Assembly: GCA_000320545.1 (NCBI GenBank)
Contig: ADNK01000643.1
Span: forward strand, 1 to 64,000
DNA: 64,000 nucleotides
Source of the DNA: Bigelowiella natans CCMP2755
Taxonomy: Eukaryota > Protista > Cercozoa
Direction of reading: 5' to 3'
The notes under the pieces are model-generated. The model was not told the origin of the DNA, did no database searches, and worked only from the letters and a program-made list of their open reading frames with translations. Positions 49,658 to 64,000 of this stretch are shown piece after piece. The position numbers were made by a program, and so were the translations under genes. Within the stretch, counting starts at the first letter, position 1. Every line of letters starts with the position of its first letter.

Positions 49658-50862
49658 TTATTTCTGATTGTAAGTTATATCGTGGGATGAAGCATATTCC
49701 AAACTTTGACTCCAGCACAACCCCGCACACATCGTAATGGCTTCGGATACCTTGACGGCCGTCTCCAGTCCACGTTCCAAGGCTTCGGGTGCTCTAACAC
49801 CTGATATTCGAATTTTATCTAAAGGCAAGTCTCGATAAAAAAATACTGGAAGAGAAGAAAAAATTCTGGATGCAAAAACCTTAAAAATAACCCTGACCGG
49901 ATGTATTAGTGAAATCAGATGAAAGAACATAGGTGGTGAAAACCCTATGCATCACTACTGTGCCACTGATGTCTCATCATCGGATCTATTATTTTCGAAA
50001 GGTAGTATGATTTGGAACGCTTTACCGACAGTTCCCTAGAGGAACACAATTGCCGGTTTGGCTTACACGTTGAAATGGTAAGATTATGCTCTATGGAAAC
50101 CAACCAGTGCAGACGCAACCAGCTTCAAGTCTACTGGGAAATTATCTAATAAAAAATCGATTGCATCAGGGTTGATGTGTCGCATGGGGAGGACAAGCTG
50201 CTCTGCGTCCGCTTGCAAAAGGGTTTACCCTCTCATCCATCCCCGCCTGGCCGCCATCCAAATAAATCGCTCAATCTAATTTTAGAATGCGACATCAAAT
50301 TCTTTATGTCGCTATTAATATAGCACTGAATCCCAAATTCATAATTTGCCGGAAAAAAAATAGTTGCGCAGATAAATAAAGGGCGTTTACGAATAATATT
50401 ACGGGGATACCGGATTTCCAAGTAAGTTTCCAAGCAGTGTATTTTCCAGCAATTTCTCTATTGTAGAACCAATTTCCAGGAAGTCTTACCAATGCATTAG
50501 CAGAGGGAGATGTTGAAGCTTCCTGATTTTATCAACATTCCAAGTTTTATATAAGGGATTGGTTCATATTCTGGGCGGAATACATCTAAGATCTCTGACA
50601 AATTTATTTGTATTATTGCCTTATAATTCTCGGAAAGCCTCTTCTTTTGGGGAGGAAACATCGTCACCTTCGTCTTCTGAAGGCTCTTCCCACACGCACA
50701 CATCGTAGGGAATTCATATAATGCAAAATTTTGTCTTATTTGGTTTGAGCGGAATAGGTAGAGTATAAATATGCGAGACATCGCCCGGCAGTTGTTTAGC
50801 ACTTCGTAGTTCATGAGATTCAATGATGATGACGCGGCGTAGCTCTTTGGAGCGTTATCCAT
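49658..50862 (-). CDS. Hypothetical multi-exon gene (possibly the 5' part of the 46088-49630 gene)
   Basis: Open exons EFPTMCACGKSLQKTKV, VRLPGNWFYNREIAGKYTAWKLTW, LQADAEQLVLPMRHINPDA, ISGVRAPEALERGLETAVK. Confidence 0.45.
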
Positions 50863-50899
50863 GGGTCTAGATTTATTTTTTGCTTTCATCAGGACAACC

Positions 50900-52668
50900 A
50901 TGTCGCTTGGGTTTGACCACCTGCTGAAGCTCCTGATGGTCATAAACTCAACCTTGCTGCGTAGCATACTCCTCATTCGGGTGGAGATTAATAATTGTGA
51001 ACAACTCCCTCGATTAGGTTGGAGAGTCCAATGTCGGCAAAACGAGCATTTTGATGCAATACACCTCGGTAGGCTTTATCGTTTTTGATAAAAGAGGCGA
51101 AGGCAGTAATAAACTTGCGAAACACACAACGTTGCCTACTAGAAATCACTAGATGTATTCAATTGCTAGGGATCCTTTGAGACAAACACGAAAAGCACCA
51201 TCGGGGTAGACCTGAAGGTAACATTCCTATTTCTTCCCCCCTCCAAACTAACATCAGCACTACCGTCGTATCTAGCACAGCAGCTATCAAAACAGCATCA
51301 TATTCGCATATTACATAAAACAATACTGGGTTTAATCGCGGATGTGCACTTCACCGACGGCAACTTGCAAAAACTACAGCACGCATTCATAGTTCACCAC
51401 AATAATCATCCTCACAACATTTAAAGGTCCGGACGATAGATTACATGGGCAAGAAACTAAAGCTTACCCTGTGGGATACAGGTGGGTTGCTATGACATCA
51501 AGATGTCGGAATGATACCCCTTTAAGAACAACCGACACCAAAAAAAACTCAGTATTATACTCTCCAATGCCTACTGAGACATATGTTACAAAGCATGCGC
51601 TGTGGTGGTATATTCGAGCTGGTATGAATCTCGTAGAATTCCTAGCGTCCATATCCCTAACTGAGCTCTGTACTTTGCTGCTCAGCGGGCCAAGAGCGCT
51701 TCCGTACTTTAACAGCTAGTTACTACCGTGGCGCAAACGGTGTTGTTCTGGTAAAATTTGTGCTGATAAAATGGCGGCCGTAATTTTTATATCGTTAATG
51801 ACATGCGCTTAAAGCATCCACAAGAAATCGTATGCGAATGGGGGGAGGCGAAAGCGAAGGCGCATTGATATGCCCGTTGCCTCCATTCTTAAATCTCGCA
51901 CAGGTTTACGACGTAACATCTCGCAACTCATTCGACCATGTACGGCACTGGCTCAAAGAGGTGGAGGTCTATTGCACAAATGAAGACGTAGTTCTTATGC
52001 TCGTAGGGAACAAGATTGATAAGGTGTTCGTCTTCCGAACTTGCGACTAATTTTGTACCAGAATTTAGACCTGAATTCCCTAGCTAAACGCGGATTCATT
52101 TCCTCATTTTTTCCCTGGCAGGAAGAGGATAGGAAAGTAAGCAAAGAGGAAGGCCTTGCTTTTGCACGCCGAAACAACATGCTGTTCATGGAATGCAGCG
52201 CGAAAACAAAACAGGGGTATTGCGTTTGTCAGTGATCCCATTCAGTGTGTGATATATTGTTCAGCATATGTGCTCTCGCAATGAATTCATTCCCGTTATA
52301 TTATGGCCATCTGCTGCACTATCATCATTGTCAGAGTGGAACAGGCTTTTCAGGAGCTTATCCAAAAGGTTAAACTTTCACCAAGTCCACAACATGACGA
52401 ATTCGTTTCCCATTGGTATAGTAAACACGCCCAAGTTAATTTATGCTTTCAATAATTTTCCCCCGATCACTGCAGGCGCTTGAGACGCAAACGAAAAAAC
52501 GAGAGGTGGATAGAGAACGAGAGCAAGTTGATCTCACACAGGTTTTATCTTTTTAACCTTTAAGAACTATGTCTTGCTCCTGATCATCACACCATTCCCA
52601 TGGCCAATATGATAACCTAATGTTAATATCAGGGAAATCAGCATGAAGACGACGGATTATGTTGCTAA
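50900..52668 (+). CDS. RAB18: Rab18-like small GTPase, about 9 exons
   Basis: [13 protein letters not shown]|[12 protein letters not shown]; STIGVDLK; LWDT|[17 protein letters not shown]; [17 protein letters not shown]; ECSAKT; C-terminal CC*. Confidence 0.9.
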
Positions 52669-53129
52669 TTATTCACGTACGTATATTTTATATTGTAATC
52701 GAGAGCAGCCACTCTAATTGACCTCGGGGTTCATAGGCTCTCATCATAAAGTAAATCATCATTTTAACAGTGTGTCGTATAACTTCTACACTACAACTAT
52801 AAACTAGAAGCAAGGATGTACATTTGTATTGATATGCATTTAAATGCAAAATAACATCGGCAAGTGGTACGTGATAATAATTCTCTACCTATATGTGGTA
52901 CACGTGTGAGCTGCGATGAGCGGGCATCTGGGTATCCTAGTTCATGCATTTCGCATGCAATGCTAGCATCAACAGCCATGTAAATGTGTCCAGACTTGTG
53001 CACACAGCATCGAGCTTAGATCATGCAGTATGGAGTGACCAGTAAAGCCATTGTTGGGACATGTAACGCGACGTTCATAGGCTGCGAAATTAGCTGCTTT
53101 CATGAGTACACTGTACTAGCTAGCATGTT

Positions 53130-53705
53130 GCGCATTAGATACAATTACAATGGCTTTGCGTAGCAACTTCTGGGTGACCATATTGGAAATATTTGATCAC
53201 ATCATTGCCTACCTCTCACATGTGCATAGCATTTGAGTACGTCTAGGCAGCTTTGCACATACAGCTACATCAGGATGACCATTGGAAAGATTTGATAGAT
53301 TAATTCATTTCGTCTGCGCACTCAAAAAGCTAAAACACAACAGCCCAAATGAGCGTGCATGTCGTACACTTTTAGTGCGTTGTGTATTAGCCGCCGGGAT
53401 GTGATCATTGAACAAATTTAATTAGATTGATTACATCCGTCTCACATTAGCCGCTTATTGAGGAACCAACTCACTGCCACAGTGATGCGCGACGACGAAA
53501 CGCAAAGATTGACATGTGGTGATCGAGAAGGAAACACGAACTGCTGCGCGACTTTCCAGACGATACCGAAACAACATGTATTTGATTGCATGAAACACAT
53601 CATAGCGGAAACTAACAGAGTCAACATTAGCGCTATAGCCGCTGCATTGCATAGCTACATAATAAGGATGACCATTGAACAAATTTAATTAATTAATTAC
53701 ATCCG
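53130..53705. repeat. Degenerate tandem copies of the G(A/G)TGACCATTG...ATTTAATT...ATCCGT family
   Basis: Units near 53170, 53272, 53397 and 53665; homologous to 23740-23830 and 38370-38645. Confidence 0.7.
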
Positions 53706-53767
53706 TAGATTAGCAAAGCAAGTAGCTACACAATAGAGATTGACGCCTAGGGGAGCAATTAGTTACA

Positions 53768-55163
53768 TCATTCGTGCAAGGCCACCTCGACGACAGATAG
53801 AGGGTCCCTCAAATCATACTGAGTGACATTGCCTGTGATCCCAGCAGCGCTGAAGAGATCTTTGAAATCGGCGAGGCTCCTCTCGCGCGCGCCCATCGGG
53901 CATGAAGCAAGCATGTTAATGTCCATGAGAGCTTTGAACTGTTCCAAAGATGAACGGCTAGGATGAGAGCCAAGTATGAAGTCTGCATTTGTAAGGACAC
54001 TTCCGGGGCGTGAAACGGCCAAGACGTTTTTCAGAATCTTAATTGCAGAGGCGTCGTCCCTACCAGATTTCACGAACGAATGAATCAGATGAATAAAATA
54101 GTTAATGTGATAGTATTTACCAGTCGTGAAGAATGAACTTCAAAAAGAACACATCGCATTCCCCAAAGGTTTTCGGAAGCGGCTCGAAGAACGACCCACC
54201 GACTACCTCGACTCGATCTCCAACGTCAGTTGTAGCGAGATAAGCATTTGCATTTGCTACGACACTCGTTTGATCAAATAATTTTCCTTTTGCGCCCGGA
54301 TAGTGTTGCAGAAAGTTCGCCACAACCGTCCCTTGACCTCCCCCAATGTCGCAAAAAGTAACGTTTTCATTTGGAGGAGCATAGTCAGCGAGAATAGCTC
54401 CGATCATAGAGGGCGCGACAGCTAAAATGCGGATAGTAACAAAATGTTCAGATATGAAACAACTAAGGTGGGAAGTAAATGGTAGATGTAGTGAATGAAC
54501 ATTACCCTCCATTGCCATATCGAACTGCTTTTCTTTCTCTGGATGCTTGGCGTGATATGTCCAAACTCCTTCCCCGAAGGCTTCCATAAATCCTCCTTTC
54601 TCCCCCGTCTTGATGCTCTTTGTCCCCGCTGCCCTCCAAGCCTCGGCTGTCTCTTCGTTAATCATCAATGTGAAAGCAACAGCATTTCCGGGAGTATCGG
54701 TGCGGAGAAATTTCCCTGCGCTGGAGAGCACAAATAGCTTCTTGCCATTAGAAGCGGTAGCTGGTGAATTCAAAAGCCCAAGTTGCATTGCCGCGGCCAT
54801 ATACCGGCATGTAACGAATTCGCTCAGGTCGAGATCCTGTGCGACTTTCGCACAAGTGACGCCAGCAACTCCTTCAGCGTCCATGGCGTCCGGGATACCA
54901 TTCTTAACGAGAGCATATTGAACCTCAGATTGCCAGTAAGCTGTCGCTTTCATTCGAACAAGCACATCTGGTGGGGTCAAGGCATCGGCAGCCATTCGCA
55001 GCATGTCCGAGAGGGGCCCTAGAGTGAGAAGAATTGGCCAGGGAGGGATCAATTTCGTGTAACTCGATGCTGGAACTGCAGGAGGGGAGACGCCCTTTGG
55101 CGATAGAGCCAGAAGAGCACCGATGGCAATGGCCAAGAGCAACGATATGCAGGAGCCGCACAT
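53768..55163 (-). CDS. Class I SAM O-methyltransferase (COMT/ASMT-like, Methyltransf_2) with N-terminal hydrophobic leader
   Basis: Dimerisation helix region YWQSEVQYALVKNGIPDAM; DIGGGQG; FDQTSVV; GGSFFE; FFLKFILHDW; DINML; ERSLADFKDLFSAAG. Confidence 0.9.
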
Positions 55164-55643
55164 ACTGCTTTTGGGGGGCTGTAAGGATAATCCAGTATGA
55201 ATGAAATACTAACTCTATCAATTATAAAAGTATAGAAGTGGCAAATACACGCTTCATATTCTAACCTGGTCTGTGGTAGGTTGCTTCGTCATTTGGATAA
55301 GGATAAGAGGATAAGTAATCGCCCCTGCCTATCTTTGGAAGTCGGTTAAATAGTGGATCAGTGACAGCATCTGCTACAAGTACAACATCAGGGAGACGTT
55401 GCGATTCAAGGACACTTACAATGCAAGAACCGCCTGCATTTCAGGACTGTGTCTACCTAAAATCAGTCTTGTTTCTGGGAAACGGAAGACAAATGGACAA
55501 AGATCTACAGGTTGAGATCTAGCTTTGTAACAGGAAAAAAAATATCGAAAGTCGCATCGTCATTTCGCGAGAAGTTAAGTATCAGTAGCCTCTCAAGTAG
55601 TAGCGGCAACAACTTCTGCAACACTTTTCCATTCGCCAGAGGA

Positions 55644-56600
55644 ATGGCGTCCACACGTGTCCTGAGACTGGGCCGTAGGGTACCTGCGCTGCTTGTCAAG
55701 TCGCAGTTGAGGACATTTTCGACAGTTCGGCCTCCTGATAGTGGCGATCCAACCATGAGCTCGGTATTTACCTTATGTGTCCGTCTAAATTAAAACCCAT
55801 ATCTTTACCAATCTCAAACGACGGTCAGGAGGAAGTCGGTCGTCGAATCGAAGAGTCGATGAGGGGCCTCCCCACAGTAGAATCCCAACCAGCGGCTGAG
55901 ATTGTTAAGGTACAAAACAGTAGCCTGAAAATGTTCTGGTTGACACGTGGTAAACTCCTTTAGAAACGACGAGACCCGAGAGACCCACTGGCTTCTCGTC
56001 CTGGCATTGACCCACCAAAGTCCTGAGTTGCAAAATCATACATTCACATATTTGACAAATCCTTACGGTGTACCAAATCTTCAAATTAAATACATAGGAA
56101 CATCCCTTCCGGGATATCTTCGACTAATTTGTTGCAACTTCTACGAAAGCATAAGGTTGGAGCGAATGAGTTCGGCCATCGGCCAACAACCCTGATGATC
56201 GTCGTGTTGTACCATCGTAGAAAGACCCAGAAAATTGGACGGTTGAAGCTCTAGCGGTGGAATATAAGTTGGATTCTTCAATTGTCGAGGAGTTTTGCAA
56301 GTCATTCACTCTCCCGTACATGGGGAGAAAGGTGTAATTTCAACAATGGTTTGTGATGCAGCCCCAGCCAATGCTTTTTGTTGACAGATGGAAAACTTCC
56401 ACGCTGTAAAAGATTATGAAGTTGCTAAAACACATCTGGAAGAATTTGTAATAAGTCTAAAATGATGAGAGAATTCTTTGCTTAATGGTAGACATCGAAA
56501 TGTGATCAGATCCTCTTCGGTGATAGCCTTGGAACGGATTCTACTCTAATACCTCCGAGCGAGGAGCCTTTAGATCCAAATAGCACCGTGACAGCGACAG
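55644..56600 (+). CDS. Small hypothetical protein with mitochondrial-presequence-like N-terminus
   Basis: MASTRVLRLGRRVPALLVKSQLRTFST; exons KRRDPRDPLASRPGIDPP and MENFHAVKDYEVAKTHLEEF. Confidence 0.4.
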
Positions 56601-56649
56601 AAGGATCACAGGCAAAATAGTCTAGAGCTAGCTAGCTTATCTGTGCGAT

Positions 56650-57890
56650 GTTGCCGTGCATGTGGCAACCCATGCACCTGCATGTCTGCATCATTTGAAG
56701 ATTCATCTAGATTGTAACCAACACAACAATGACACGAGTACATGATTTGCATCACCCTGCATCTTTCATCTGCTATTGTGCTCCATGATGAAACAAAGCA
56801 GACATTTGTTCATTCGATCAGTTTTTCGCCTTCTGTCATCCTGTCACACGTACCCACAATGACCCATTATCCTTGAGGTGGAGCAGAAACGCATTGCGCA
56901 TTCTGTCGCCTGCACGATGTGTAATCGACAGTTGACACGTGTAGTTCTAGTGCTCAATTGCTAGCGTAGGAGAACACATGTACCCACACAAGTCCGTCAA
57001 ACCCGGTGACGACGGGGTTGTGAACAGTGCAGCGCTTTGAAGCAGCAGGCAGTTGCAGTTAGTCAAAGAAAAGTCATCAGAACTTGTCCGATGGCCAAAC
57101 CTGAAAAAATGACCGAAATGTTGACCAAAATGTCCATTTCCAAGGCCTCAAAGTGTGAAAATTCACACCCGTTGTGTAGCGGATGCACGCTGCGCGTTTG
57201 TTCTCTGCCACATTTTGAATGCTTTTGCGTGTGCGTTTGACCAAATGTGACATGCACGAAAAATTTCAAAGAAATGCGAGCAAATCCAATGTCCATTGCA
57301 TCACATGACGCGCTTGGTCGCGCGCAAAAGCTTCCAAATGCACATTCTGGCGATTCGTTACAGGTTTGACGGACTTGTGCATGCACACCACATGCACCTG
57401 AAAAGCACACATGCTCTGTTCGTTCACATCCATGTGTCCACACATGCACCCATGCCAGCAGACACGCGATGCATCACACCTAGACACGTGCACAGCATGC
57501 GCGTGCCAGATGCTGTGCGACATTGCCATCGATCGACGTGCCGCCGCATGAGTCAGGGTTGCAATGAGAGCATCGTTCCTGCAGCCATCATTCCAGCAGC
57601 GTGTGCATGAATGAATTGCGAAATGATGTGTGCAGCGCAGCTGCCAAAAAAGTTGTCGTCCGCGCAGTGATCGATGGCACGGTCGATGCTAGCGATGCCC
57701 CACAAGTGACGGAGAACAAATTGAGAAGAAAAGAAGAAGAAGTGTGCGAATGAAGCTTAGAGGGACTCGCATTGCGGAACTCAGCCGCCACCACAACCAC
57801 ACAGCACCCAAGCACGCACCGACCTCGATCTCAGCTCGGCGAACGGCCCTTTGCACGTCGCCAAGGGAAGGTTTGATTTTCTAGCGTCTC
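56650..57890. other. TpA-depleted intergenic island F
   Basis: 6 TpA in 57001-57880, five of them TAG (CTAG x2, TTAG x2, GTAG) plus one TTAC. Confidence 0.88.
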
Positions 57891-57951
57891 AGCCAAAGGC
57901 TTGAAGAACGGTCCATCGGGCTAACTGACACACAGGAACAATCACTCCAGA

Positions 57952-64000
<6,049 letters not shown>

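Noticed and set aside
50900-51170. Rab18 apparently lacking its P-loop
   Set aside because: The exon [17 protein letters not shown] is present at ~51018-51068.

Overview
Intron-rich eukaryotic nuclear DNA, most likely a rhizarian and probably a chlorarachniophyte (inference from the polyubiquitin junction insertion and a bipartite-looking leader). It holds about 20 multi-exon genes: DUF676 esterase, divergent polyubiquitin, PPIL2, an RRM protein, an aspartic protease, a PTEN-like phosphatase, a TDO-like/kynureninase-like fusion, a paraoxonase-like (PON) gene, PARG, a bromodomain protein, Rab18, an O-methyltransferase, a DExH helicase and several unknowns. The main signal is intergenic: five sharply bounded islands of 0.8-1.5 kb are almost free of the dinucleotide TpA (none in about 1,075 bp at 42139-43214). 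The few surviving TpAs sit almost only in CTAG or TAG context. One island holds a duplicated piece of the neighbouring PON-like gene, with exons and introns, in which every alignable TpA has become TpG, CpA or CpG or been deleted. This fixes the direction as A:T to G:C on both strands, the reverse of fungal RIP. I infer a regional TpA-targeted hypermutation system acting on repeated or duplicated DNA, and I know of no description of it. All counts and alignments were done by eye, and exon boundaries are approximate.
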